From positions 76,012,001 through 76,076,000 of the forward strand of contig OZ024740.1 of the NCBI GenBank assembly GCA_964016885.1: a DNA stretch of 64,000 nt, written 5' to 3'. Each line of letters begins with the position of its first letter. Positions within the stretch are counted from its first letter, which is position 1. The notes beneath the pieces were generated by a model, which saw only the letters and a list, made by a program, of their open reading frames with translations, ran no database searches and had not been told where the DNA came from. Below are positions 13,706 to 25,109 of this stretch, one piece after another. This stretch comes from Eledone cirrhosa. Lineage: Eukaryota. Position numbers and translations under genes: made by a program.

Positions 13706-13855
13706 CGCATCAAAACTCTTTATAAGGAGTGGATTATATGCAACAACCCATCTGTTGTCAACCTCATGTTTCCCAACCCTCGCTGTGAATCCACCATCTT
13801 TGGGTCTTCTCTGGCGATATAGTGGGTATCCGTCATGACCAGTCTGAGTGTCAAC
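13706..13855 (-). mobile_element. Helitron Rep/helicase coding fragment fused to the 5' end of the RTE fragment
   Basis: Translates TQTGHDGYPLYRQR..DNRWVVAYNPLL..F.A, matching the conserved Helitron DGYPxYRRR..DNRWVVPYNPxL motif. Confidence 0.75.
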
Positions 13856-14479
13856 ATGGCTTATGAAAGTTTTAAAAATGTAAAAGTTGTAGGTCCCAAT
13901 GGTTTGAATGGAAAGCCCCATAACGATTGTTCTAAAAATAAACAAACCATCATCAAAATCTCGTCAATTCGAGACTGCTGCGAGATTAGGCCCTTAACGT
14001 GAAAATTAACACTTAATATAGTGAAACAAGTTAAAACAACAAGTGTTTTTTTAACTTTGAAAGTGCAACAAAGAATAAAGAAACAAATGATAATATTAGT
14101 GATTTATCTTCAAATGAATCTGATGTTTATATTTGTCAATAAAGTTGGTTATCTCCCTTTTTTATAAGGATTGTCAATAAAGTTGGTTATCTCCCTTACA
14201 TCAATTTTGCTACCGATAATTTTGATATCGATTTTTTATTGCTCAACGTGGGTCGATTTGAAAATGTTTTGTGATGTGACCATCTTAGCGACCTGTGCAA
14301 CGCGCACAGAAAATTTGATCAAATTCGGTTGGTAATTGTAAAAGCCTTAGGTATCCAAAGTTGTACACATACACACACACACACACTCTCGCTTTTATAT
14401 ATATAGAAGAAGGTAGAAGATTGTATAAATATTACAAATAAAAAAAGAAAAGAAAAAACAGAGAAGCGGCTAGCACACA

Positions 14480-14620
14480 CACCTAGGACCACATACAACA
14501 CGAGGTAATACACACATCTAAGACCACATACAACACACAAGCAGGTAATACATACATCTAGGACTACATACAACACACAGGCAGGTATTACATACATCTA
14601 GGACCACATACAACATACAT
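14480..14620. repeat. ~39-bp tandem repeat x~4
   Basis: Unit approximately aggtaatacatacatctaggaccacatacaacacacagc. One inverted copy is at ~17222-17262. Confidence 0.8.
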
Positions 14621-16429
14621 TGTATCATGTGCTACGGATGACGCAAGAGCAATTGTCGGCCAACATAAGGTTTTGTCACTCTTATGAAGAGAGAAAATCT
14701 ATCTGTATTTGCTGTTCATTGTGTCATTCATCGACAACACTTGGCTGCAAAGAAACTCAGCAAGCCACTGAGCAAGTCATTGCAGGTGGCCATTGATGTC
14801 ATCAATTTTATCAAACGGCTTTCCCTCAATGAGCGAATTTCCGGCAACTGTGCCAAGATAATGACGAAGAATTCGTCAAGTTGCTCCTTCATACTGAAGT
14901 GAGGTGGCTTTCAAAGGGCAAGTGCCTTACTCACTTCTTTGAACTGTTCAACTCTATCATTGAGTTTCTGCGAGGACGCAACACAGAACTGTACAAGAAA
15001 ACCCTCGATGTGAGGCAAGACCGCCATCCTTGACAAATGCAATGGCGTCATTATGGCTTTGCAGGGAAAGATCACCTTGCTTAAAGCAAGGAATGCTGTG
15101 AAAACATTCCTGGCCAAATTGAATATCATCGAAAGGAATCTTTGTAGATGGGAATTCTATAATTTTCCTAATGTCACCAATGTTTAAAACATTGTGAGCG
15201 ATGACCAACTCCAAATTTATACCACTCACCTCCGTGTTCTACAAGACAATATGAGAGAACGGTTTGTCGACCTTTTGCCGATGGACATCCCAATGTGGAT
15301 AGCAGAACCCTTCATAGTTAATATCGACGATTTGGACATTAAATTTCAGGAAGTATTCATTGAACTTCAAGCAGATGACATGATCAAAATTAGATTTCCC
15401 AAAATAGGTGAACCCCTTTTTTGGATGCAAGAGGAAATTCAGCGTCGATTTCCACTCCTACATGCAGAGGCTAAGAGATTTGCTCTGCCTATTCCAACCT
15501 GGTACTTAGTCGAGAGGAGGTTTGGTGCTGTTTCGAGGCTGCACAGTAAGGCTCGCAACCGCTACAATGTAATTGCATGTGGAGATCTCAGGCTACATCT
15601 TACGAAAATCAGTCTCACGTCAAAGAGTTAACTAGACTCCATGAAGCTCAAGGGTTCTATTGAAATGAGGTCAAAGTTAAAGTAATCCGAAAACTTGGAT
15701 ATGCTATTGTTACAAAGCAAACTAACAACTTTTTTATTTGTAGTTGCAGTCTGACTGGACTGGAAACCATCTACTACAATTCACTTACTCATTTGTTGTA
15801 TATATTTTACCATTTACTAATAAATATACCCTCTTATATGGTCATGAAAACCCTCTTCCATGGTCTCTAAGCTCACAAAGCAGAGGGGACATCAAGTTAG
15901 ATATCAACATTTATTCTGTCCGTTTCATTAAAGGGAAAATTGGAAAGCTTTGAAATGATATAATTGCCACTTTCTTCCAGATAAGAGCACTCTTGGAATA
16001 GACAGAGTTGCTCATGTATAAATGTTCAAAATAGCTGGTATCGCCTGGTGGAAATATAAGAAATTCAACTGGTCCTTATTCATAAAAAAGAACATTTATG
16101 TTCCTTTTTTTTTAAATTTATATATTTCCTTTCAAGGAATGTATTTATACTCTCAGCTGCCTGCAATGGTATCTTTGGAATATTGTTAATCAATCTTTTA
16201 ATAATCTACTGATATCAAAATCAGTAGTATATTGAAAAATGAAAAAAAAAAAAAAGGGTAAGGCGTTTCGTGATTTCGAGGGACAAAAGGGGGCATTTGG
16301 CCCAAATGGACTGAGAACCTGTGGACTAGATGAATGTGCCAAATCCACGTTCATCAGATGCACATAGATATTAATGAACTACATATTTCAGGAGTCCCCT
16401 TTACTGCTGAAATGAAAAACAGAAAAAGC

Positions 16430-16670
16430 AATTGCTTGTTGACATGACCGTTCCTACAGACAAGAATGTATCTATAAAAACATTTGAAAAATTGAGCAAA
16501 AAAGTCCTGGAAATAGAGATTGGAAAAATGTGGAAGTTGAGAGCTAAAACAATACCAGTGGTTGTAGGCGCTCTAGGAATGATAAAGGGTCTAATGATTA
16601 CTTATCCCAAATCTCAGGAAACCTGCGTATAGAATAAATACAAAAGATAGTACTAATGGGAACTGCCCAT
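16430..16670 (+). mobile_element. R4/Dong-like (RLE) LINE 3' fragment
   Basis: LVDMTVPTD..EKLSK..LEIEI.KMW..TIPVVVGALG, the restriction-like endonuclease C-terminus. Confidence 0.75.
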
Positions 16671-16954
16671 ATACATTAGAAGAGTATATATACTTGGAAG
16701 AGGCTTTATAGCCGGTAAGAGTGTCAGACACCACGAGTCAAAACAATTTGAAATCTTTTCCACCATTAGTCGTCCATTCGTAACGTACGTTACGCTTTAG
16801 TTACATACACACACTACACGTAAATACATAAACAGATAGACAACAGAAGGGGTTGGTGAAATGCTATAGCGATGTGTGTTACGTCCCTTTCGGGTTTACT
16901 GGCTACGTAGCATATTCGTATATTAGTACATCTGTTATACGAAGTAAAATGATT

Positions 16955-17400
16955 CTTTTTTTTTTTTAAATAGTCTGCTTTATTCACAGTTGTATAAAAA
17001 TATAATTGTTTCTACTTACCGATACTGCCAAAAATATATAATAATATAACGCTTACAGAACGAAAACAAACAAATATAATATATACAAAAGGGAAAGGAA
17101 AAGAAGAAAAGAGACAAAACATGTCCCCAAAATTATTAGAGAGGCTTCCCAGTGCTTCTCGCGATATTGTTATCTTATGCTCTGGTAGCCGTTCGTTTGT
17201 CCATTCCTTTCGCCTGTTCTTTGTTGTATGTGGTCCTAGATGTGTGTATTACCTGCTTATGTGTTTTTTTCCTCTTTTTTTTTGTCTTTCCCTTTCCTTT
17301 GTATATTATATTTTTTGTGTTTTCGTTCTGTAAGCATTATATTATTATATATTATATATTTTTATACAACTGTGAATAAAACAGACTATTAAAAAAAAAT
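16955..17400. repeat. Imperfect ~130-150 bp inverted repeat (foldback/MITE-like)
   Basis: aatagtctgctttattcacagttgtataaaaatat..gcttacagaacgaaaac is mirrored by gttttcgttctgtaagc..atatttttatacaactgtgaataaaacagactatt. Confidence 0.8.
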
Positions 17401-18097
17401 ATCTTGTATTATCAACCTTTCATTACATTTTATTAAAACATCTTGATACACAATGAATATTATGAATATATTTAATTGCGTATATTATATTATGAATATA
17501 ATATACACAATGAATATTATGAATATAATTTACAAAAATAAAAAAAGACAACAAATGGATAGCGAGAAAGACATGCAGAATCAAGTCTCTACAACAGAGA
17601 ATGAGATAAAAAGAGTGCAAAGAGTTACATTTATTTAACTCGGCTGTAATGAAATAGAGCCAATAATATATAAACAGTTATGATGAAATAAAACTATGAA
17701 TGTAAAATAGTATTCAGGTTATTTATTATGTTGTCAGTAGCAAAAATTTAGGAAATTAATAATCAATTGTCATTTTAATGAAAAGAAATCGCAATTATTA
17801 TCAGCAGAATTGAGGACGTAGTAAAAAGTTCATAAAAGCCCAGCTCTTTGCTGGTATCCGCTGGACAAGGTTGGTCGTCAGCCTTTCAATATTCGTAGCT
17901 GGGCTTTTAAAATGTTTATTTATTAACCCCCCCCCCACCGTATATGTTTATGTGTTGAGTATTTCCGTAGAAAAAGTAAAGGAAAAAAAGAGTGGTCTAT
18001 GTATTGTACAGAGCTATTTAATTACATAATAAACAACACAATATCAGACTATATATATATATATTTAAAAGAATAGAGGTGTAACACACGAGTTGTG

Positions 18098-18184
18098 ATA
18101 TATTAGTAAAAGGAAAAGAAAATGCTGACAAATTTTTCCCAGTGAAAAATTTGTCAACATTTTCTTTTCCTTTTGCTAATATAT
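18098..18184. other. 41-bp stem hairpin in presumptive caspase 3' UTR (left copy)
   Basis: Reverse complement of 39413-39499. Confidence 0.9.
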
Positions 18185-18296
18185 ATATATAATATATATA
18201 TATAAGGGAAATTAAAAAACAACAGAGGAGTACAAGTTACGAAAAGTATTAGGTTCACGCTTATTGATATATATATATATATAGAGAGAGATTTTA

Positions 18297-19148
18297 CTAG
18301 TAAAAGTATAATTCTTTTGTCAACATACTCGCTATGCAAGGGATCTGTTTCATTTTATTCATATACTTGTGGGAGGTATTCGACTCGTATTCATAGGCAA
18401 CCTTACGATTTACTGCAATCATTAGTTGTTGCAGTTCACGTCGGGTTCCGTTTTCTTTTAAAACGGAGGCTAACGCTTGTATGAACCAAGATCCATTAGT
18501 AGAATTTCTCCAAGAGTAAAATCCAGGGACAGTAGAGTAGGCCAGAAGTACGTCAGCCCAAAGAGGTACTTTCTGAGATGTAATTTTTTTATGTTCACGC
18601 ATATCCTCAGCATCGTGTAACAGTTCACCACTGTCTAATTTCGTTCCGCGGCAGGCTTGTACGAAGAATAGTTTGGGTTTACCTGTTAAACTTGGACACT
18701 TATTAGGAAGGAACAATTCAACTAGGTCATCAAGTTTTATCTTTCCGTCCGTTGCATATATATAGTTATCGTCTTCACCGTGGGTCAATATAACACAAAC
18801 GAAGCAGTTATAATTGTCGTAATCCTTCAAGGCTACTTCCGAAAAGAGTGTTTTCATGTTTTTTATTGATACATTCTTACGGTTAATTACATCAAAATGC
18901 AACGTACTCAATGTGGTTTTAATTGCGTTTGCATCTTCATCGGTTCCCTGTCGCTTAGACATGCCAACTGAACTATCGAAACTTTCATTATTGATTAATA
19001 AAGCCAGATTTTTTCTGTCAGGATCCATTTTATACTTTTCAGATTCACTTTTATCAACATCCACCATTTCGACATCTTGAGATGGTAACTCAGGGTCTTT
19101 GTTTATAAAATATATACCTTGAACACCGCGAGCATCTGTGTAATCCAT
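18297..19148 (-). CDS. Effector caspase (caspase-3/7-like), 283 aa, intronless, left copy
   Basis: Catalytic THG (His123) and QACRG (Cys166), plus R.GT, GKPKLFF, YSWRN, GSWFIQ and KQIP..SMLTKELYF. The ORF is complete, with an in-frame stop 7 codons upstream of the ATG. Confidence 0.96.
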   Translation of the reverse strand: MDYTDARGVQGIYFINKDPELPSQDVEMVDVDKSESEKYKMDPDRKNLALLINNESFDSSVGMSKRQGTDEDANAIKTTLSTLHFDVINRKNVSIKNMKTLFSEVALKDYDNYNCFVCVILTHGEDDNYIYATDGKIKLDDLVELFLPNKCPSLTGKPKLFFVQACRGTKLDSGELLHDAEDMREHKKITSQKVPLWADVLLAYSTVPGFYSWRNSTNGSWFIQALASVLKENGTRRELQQLMIAVNRKVAYEYESNTSHKYMNKMKQIPCIASMLTKELYFY

Positions 19149-19409
19149 TGTCGATAGGAATTTGTATTAATTTGACAGAAATTAGTAAAGTATATAACAA
19201 ACTGCAGATTGTTAATGCAGCTAAATCGAAATGTCACAGCAGTTAATAAATGGAATAAACAATACAAAAGCGGAGGTTTTGTTCAGCACCAGAAACGAAT
19301 TCCTTTATCAAATCACGATGGAAGGAATAGTAATGTTAAACGTAGGCTAATAATATCTAAAATAAATTTCCAGATATCTAAAAATAAATGAATAGATGAC
19401 ACACCCCAA

Positions 19410-19470
19410 ACGTCACTTCCGCCCAGTATGTGCATGAAACAAAACCGGAAGAGTCACGGGCACTGACTCA
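19410..19470 (-). promoter_or_regulatory. Putative proximal promoter of left caspase (ETS-CRE composite, ETS, AP-1 motifs)
   Basis: GCGGAAGTGACGT (19410-19422, minus strand), CCGGAAG (19445-19451) and TGACTCA (19464-19470), ~260-320 bp upstream of the ATG. Confidence 0.5.
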
Positions 19471-20489
19471 CAAAATACAATAAATATTCTGAAGAGAAGT
19501 TAAAGGGGAACAACTTTCAAAAACTTTTAAAAAGTTGTATTCCCTTCTTACTATTTTTTTTTAATTATTATTTTTAACATATCGATATATTTTAAATTAA
19601 TTAATTCAAACATAAGCGAATATCATATGGAAAATATGTTAATTCTTATGGAATGTTCTCCACAAATGAAGCTCTTAAATAGCCATGGCGTATAATAAGT
19701 ACAGTGCCACATGTAGAATTTGTGCAGCCCGATATGGTCCTTGAGTCTTCTAAATTTTACTATGAAATACAACACGATACAATGCAAAAAATCTAAGTCC
19801 CAAAAGTATTTGCAGGAACAGAATTATTGTGGTTTTATGTCTATTTGGATTTTTAACTAACAATACTCTTGCTGCAGGTTCAGCTATTTCCCAAACCCCA
19901 CTAGCTACATATCAAATATGATGTTTATGTTTTGTAAATTGACATTCATCAATTGCATCATTTTTACCACTGGATATAATTAGATTAGCATTCAGATAAT
20001 GCAGTGTTAGCTCACTTAGGTAGGACTTCCAGTTAGATAACTGCATTAAGGTCCACAGATATCGAATTCATGACAATCATTTTTCTCATCACTTAATCTC
20101 CAGCCATTGATTATCTCTACTGGTCCTAGTTATCGATTTTTTTAAAATATTCCAATGAAACAAACTTAGATCAGATCCTTGTCTACCACTTTCATTTCCG
20201 TTGAAATTATTCATCGCTGCCCTTACCCCTTCCTTGCAGCCAATCCACACTTCAGTTATTTTACGTCCTTTCCCTTAATTTTCAGTATTCCAGTCACTCC
20301 ATCTTTCTCAGCCACTTCCCCAATCTCCCCTTAGTCACACAGAGTTGCTGCCTCTACTTCCACCCCACCACATACTAATCCTCTTTCATCGCGCTCACAT
20401 TCCCCTGATGTCCTGTATCCTCATGCACGCCAACCCCATTCACCCCTCTCTCAAATCCGCACCATCGACTGCAACCTCACCTAAGTTTT

Positions 20490-21005
20490 GCAGCATAGAG
20501 ATATGGTCCTTTGCGTTCTGAGTTCAAATCCCGCCGAAGTTAACTTTGCCTTTCATCCTCACAGGGTCGATAAAATAAAGTACCAGTAATGCACTGAGTA
20601 ATTGCTGGCCTTGTGTCTATAGTAGAAACAATTATTTCATCGGCTCCGTAAGGATGAAAGGAAAAGTTGACTAGGCGAGATTTCAAATCAAAATTCAGAG
20701 AGCCTTGACAAACCGCACAAGGTAATTTTTTCTGCGCCATAACTATATGCCACAAAGCATGTTTTCCGACTATCTACCGAGACGGCCAAACCACTGTCCT
20801 TAGAAAAATAATTATTGTTTCTACATTTAGTACAAAGCCAACAATTTGTAGGGCGGGGGAAAGTCGATTAAATCGAATACAGTGCGTAATTGCTGCTTTA
20901 TCGACCTCGTAATGATAAAAGGCAAAGCTTACCTCGGCGGGATTTGAACTCAGAACCTAAAAGGCTGTAACTATATGCCCAAAAGCATCTTGTCCGACGC
21001 AAGCG
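20490..21005. mobile_element. Cluster of three tRNA-derived SINE copies (one +, two -)
   Basis: The SINE core recurs at ~20490-20632 (+), ~20640-20790 (-) and ~20810-21005 (-). Confidence 0.75.
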
Positions 21006-21179
21006 CTGTAAAGTTTACATATATTTTCCCCAAGGAACAGACTCTCGAGAATCGTTTCAAAGTTTATCCTCTCACTTTTCGGAAACTTCAAAATGGCTAG
21101 TTTATATTTTGAGGAGAAAGCGGAAGTCAGATATCAACTTGTTTACTATATGTTAGTATCAATAACAACAAACTGAACT

Positions 21180-24100
21180 TAGCCATATGTCTACAGAAGA
21201 CAGCAGAGATAAAATCAAACACAAGAGGCGTCAGTCTCCAGTTGGTCCTCTTTGCAATCCCCACATAAGCCAGGTTACTGACAACCCCAAGGAATGCGCA
21301 GAACTCATTGATGAATGCTATGCAGGCATTTTCACTATTGAAGACCAGAGTGTACCGTCTCCACCACCACTGACATCGGATTCTATTACAACTATGGAAT
21401 TTACACCTGCAATGCTGCGACGTCACCTTAAGAATAAACGCAACCATGCCTCTCCTGGTCTTGATGGTGTAGCAAGAGTTGCCTCCCTTGTTGTGACGAT
21501 CACATCACCAGTAGAGTAACGCTCTCTAGACAGGAAGTAGCTGGAGTTACTTCCCGTGGTGGTTGCCTTCTTTGTCATTTCCGTCCTGGGACCATATAAA
21601 AGGGATAGCTCAGGGCGATCTCACTCTCATTTGCCTTTTCGGCTGCTGGCATTCGGCCAGGCGCGTTCGCCGAGCCTCTACTCTCTGGTAACCCTAACAT
21701 TGTCTCTTGCGAGCTCACTTCAAATAACTTTACTTCATTCTTTCATCTACTCTTGACATGTCAACAATTCAGCACTACATAACTTCAACTTGTTAATTAA
21801 ACTTTATACACACAACTGAGTCTTTTGCTATATTCATACAACCCAGTGTATTCATACAACCCAGCGTTCCGTTATAAGTGGTGACCCCGAAAAAAATAAA
21901 AAAATAATGGGATCTGGTGTTGTGTGAATACGGAAAAAAGAAAATTAATTAGCAGTACCCCATTTTCGTTGGAATGTGTCGACCAACATTTCCAACACGC
22001 AGCAAACTTTATGAACACACGCACATGTGAAATTCTCGTTTTTTACACATTTCAACATGAACATTTATTTTTGCTGAATTTCAACTATTGCTTATTCTTT
22101 CCACCAAGCTTTTTTCATCGTTCACAAAAAATTGAACTCGCCATATTTGTTATACCAAGTGAAGCCTTTCCTTCTTTTTCATCATGTTTTCACGTTCACA
22201 CGCACATTTTTCAAAATGGCTGCCAACGACCTGTTGCACTATCATTTTCGCGCCATTTTCTCGTGCAATAGAAATTTTTTTTTTAAAACTTGATTTTAAC
22301 CTTGTTTCGGCACGTGTGGGGAGCACACATCTCGACTCACTGAGATACCACACGCCATAGATAATGTTTCTTGCCAAGGATTCTCCAGCCTTAAGCTATA
22401 TTCTCCTATTTGCCGATTTAAAAATTTACCACGTAAATTTGCCGTTGAAAACTGCGCATTTATTCAGAATGCTTATTTCTTTGGTAGCTGGCCTCTTGAC
22501 CCTTCCAGGTCAACGCATTCTCAACATCGACCAGCAACTTTGGCTGTTGTTTCTAGCACTTTGCGCAACTCATTTTTTCTGGGAAAATTTTACTGGAACG
22601 GAAACAACATCGAATAGCCTCACACCGCGAGACAACAACATCAACAACAACAACACAGCTTCATCAACAACCAAAACCAGCAGAACAAAACAGAGAATTT
22701 ATTTTTGCAGCACTTCCTGTGAGAAAATCCCACCGAATTTCACGTTGTACCACAGTCTAGAGACCACCTGCATACATTCTCTGGAGGACACACTTTCTTT
22801 CCTGCTGTCATGTGATTGCACACCTGTGAACTTTATTTTTGAACATTTGAATTTTTTTCTTTAATAACTGTGTTCGAGCGCGTTTCCCTGCTCTTTTGAC
22901 CCCTTCTTTTGATTGCATTGTATCTTTGTGTGATGGATAGATAGATGTCCAGTCGTTCTCTGGCCAAGAGCGGTTGGCTACCTTGATATCTATCATTAAT
23001 TTTTGCATGCTTATGTTTTGCTGTTTTTCTTTTGTTGCAAACATTATTTTTTTCGTAATTTTCATGCCTGGACTTTGGTGTTACAACATACTCGCCATCT
23101 TACTTCATACATGGTTCATTCGATTTTTATGTTTTAAAAATCTGGCGGGGGATAATGTAGCAAGAGTTTCCTTCCTTGTTGTGACGATCACATCACCAGT
23201 AGAGTAACGCTCTCTAGACAGGAAGTAGCTGGAGTTACTTCCCGTGGTGGTTGCCTTCTTTGTCATTTCCGTCCTGGGACCATATAAAAGGGATAGCTCA
23301 GAGCGATCTCCCTCTCATTTGCCTTTTCGGCCAGGCGCGTTCGCCGAGGCTCTACTCTCTGGTAACCCTAACATGGTCTCTTGCGAGCTCACTTCAAATA
23401 ACTTTACTTCATTCTTTCATCTACTCTTGACATGTCAACAATTCAGCACTACATAACTTCAACTTGTTAATTAAACTTTATACACACAACTGAGTCTTTT
23501 GTTATATTTATACAACCCAGTGTATTCATACAACCCAGCGTTCCGTTATAATGGTGTTACGTACCTGCTTCTCAAACGTGGTGGGTACTTCCTTCTGCAC
23601 CAGCTATCACGCTTCTTCCAATTCTGTCTGAACAACGGTGCTACTCCAGAACAGTGGAAAACTGCGAGTGTCATTCCTCTGTCCAAAAAGGGTGACCGCA
23701 CATTACCTGTGAACTATCGTCCAGTCAGTCTTATTAGCTGCATTGCCAAACTAATGAAATCCTGTGTCAGAGAAACGCTTTGGAACTTCTGGAACTCTCA
23801 CAGTCTTATCCGGCCCTCGCAATTTGGATTTATCCCTAACTCAAGCTGCTGTGATCAACTTATCGAGTTTCTTGAAGACATCATTCGGATCACTGATGGC
23901 GGCTCATGGGTAGATGTTGTTTTCCTTGACTTTGCTAAAGCTTTCAATTCTGTGCCACACAAAAGACTTATGGCAAAACTCTCTGCAATGGGTGTGAAGG
24001 ATGATCTTTTTAACTGGTTTAAGTCCTTCATTCTCAGTCGAAGAGAGGTAATCACGGTTCTAGGTCAGCATTCCTCACCATATGAGATGTCATCTGGTGT

Positions 24101-24936
24101 ACCACAGGGATCAGTTCTTGGCTCCCTTTTGTTTGTGGCATATATTAATGACATAGATACCAACTTAAAGAATGCCACAGTACTGAAATATGCAGATGTA
24201 CCTTGAGATAAAAAGGACAGATCCTGAACACTATAGATCTTGCCTGCAATCTGACCTGGACACAATGCAAAAATGGATCACAGACTGGCAACTCAAGCTG
24301 GGTGTGGACAAGTGTACCATCATGCATTTTGGGAGTAAAAACCCAGCGTCCACATACTCCCTCCACAGCACTAATATCAAGAAATCTTCTTGTGAACGTG
24401 ACCTGGGCATTACGGTCAGCAGCCATTTGCGTTGGACGAAGCACGTCTCTAAAATTGTCAAGAAGGCCGAGGGTGTCTTAGAATCACTCAGCAAGACCTT
24501 TGTCAGCCGCTCTGGCAACTGACTTGGTAAACACCCACAAAATTATTAACCATCTTGCTAACAACAACCCTGAGTACCTTTTTGATTTCCATGTGTCTAA
24601 CACACGTGGACATGCCCACAAAGTAAGAAAACAGCACAGCTCCCATGACTTTCGGAAACATTTTTTCACGCTCAGAGTTGCTGAAGCATGGAACAAACTA
24701 CATGTATCAGTTGTTAGCTGTCAGGACAATGCATCCTTTAAAACCTCCATGCTTCCTGAGATTCGCCAACACTACACCTAATATTCCCCTTCCATACACA
24801 CGTACATGTGTATATCATGACTGATACACTATTCATTTCCCTGACATTTGTATATTATTCTATATACTATACATGTACCTTTGACGAGTTGTAGTGCACC
24901 TGAGCACTGTACACAATAATTTTATTATTATTATTA
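21180..24936 (+). mobile_element. CR1/Jockey-group LINE, 5'-truncated, interrupted by an LTR element
   Basis: Removing 21468-23550 and one ATGG restores SPGLDGVTYLLLK. RT motifs NYRPVSL, DFAKAF, SGVPQGSVL and KYAD are present, with frameshifts near 24200 and 24515. The element ends in a 3' stem-loop and (ATT)n tail. Confidence 0.9.
21468..23550 (+). mobile_element. Non-autonomous LTR retrotransposon (TRIM/LARD-like, Gypsy-type signals)
   Basis: LTR1 21468-21876 and LTR2 23156-23550. PBS TGGTGACCCCGA (21879-21890) is complementary to the tRNA-Trp 3' end. A PPT-like ctggcggggga precedes LTR2, and the 4-bp TSD is ATGG. The ~1.28 kb interior has no gag/pol. Confidence 0.92.
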
Positions 24937-25109
24937 CAACACCCCATTGTTATGGCTTCAAAATTTAGCCGAGATAAAGACTAAAGCAGCAACAACAACA
25001 ACACCCTCTATTCCATCATCAACACCATTCCTACATCATCACCACCACTGCTAACACAACACCGTGACCGCTACCACTACTATTTTATCACTGCCACTAG
25101 TTTATCACT

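Larger units (their letters stand above)
12153..14407 (+). mobile_element. HINE-like non-autonomous Helitron-family element nested in the hAT
   Basis: 5' end tactagcagatttacccggcgttgcccaggg; 3' end (ca)n..cttttatatatatag. Confidence 0.55.
11763..16323 (+). mobile_element. hAT (Charlie/Buster-like) DNA transposon with degenerate transposase and nested insertions
   Basis: TIRs caaaggttctca / tgagaacctgtg with perfect 8-bp TSD GACTAGAT (11755-11762, 16324-16331). Transposase remnants at ~14620-15665 (HCVIHRQHLAAK, HTEVRWLSKG, YLVERRF, GDLRL). Confidence 0.9.
6377..20301. repeat. Left arm of ~45 kb palindrome (inverted repeat of 37295-51607)
   Basis: Almost every ORF here has a reverse-complement twin in 37295-51607. 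Boundaries were checked by eye: inner ..ttccagtcactcca (20301) vs tggagtgactggaa (37295); outer taattgtttcta (6377) vs 51607. Confidence 0.97.

Noticed and set aside
14684-15631. Domesticated ZBED8/SCAND3-like host gene in the arms
   Set aside because: It has multiple frameshifts and stops and lies within TIRs and an 8-bp TSD, so it is a dead transposase.
18856-19391. Small ORFs antisense to or upstream of the caspase, conserved in both arms
   Set aside because: Their conservation only reflects arm identity. They have non-ATG or antisense-shadow origins and no recognisable domains.
23499-24206. 235-aa RT ORF as the pol gene of the LTR element
   Set aside because: It starts inside LTR2, lies outside the element, and has non-LTR (CR1-like) RT motifs. 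It belongs to the interrupted LINE.
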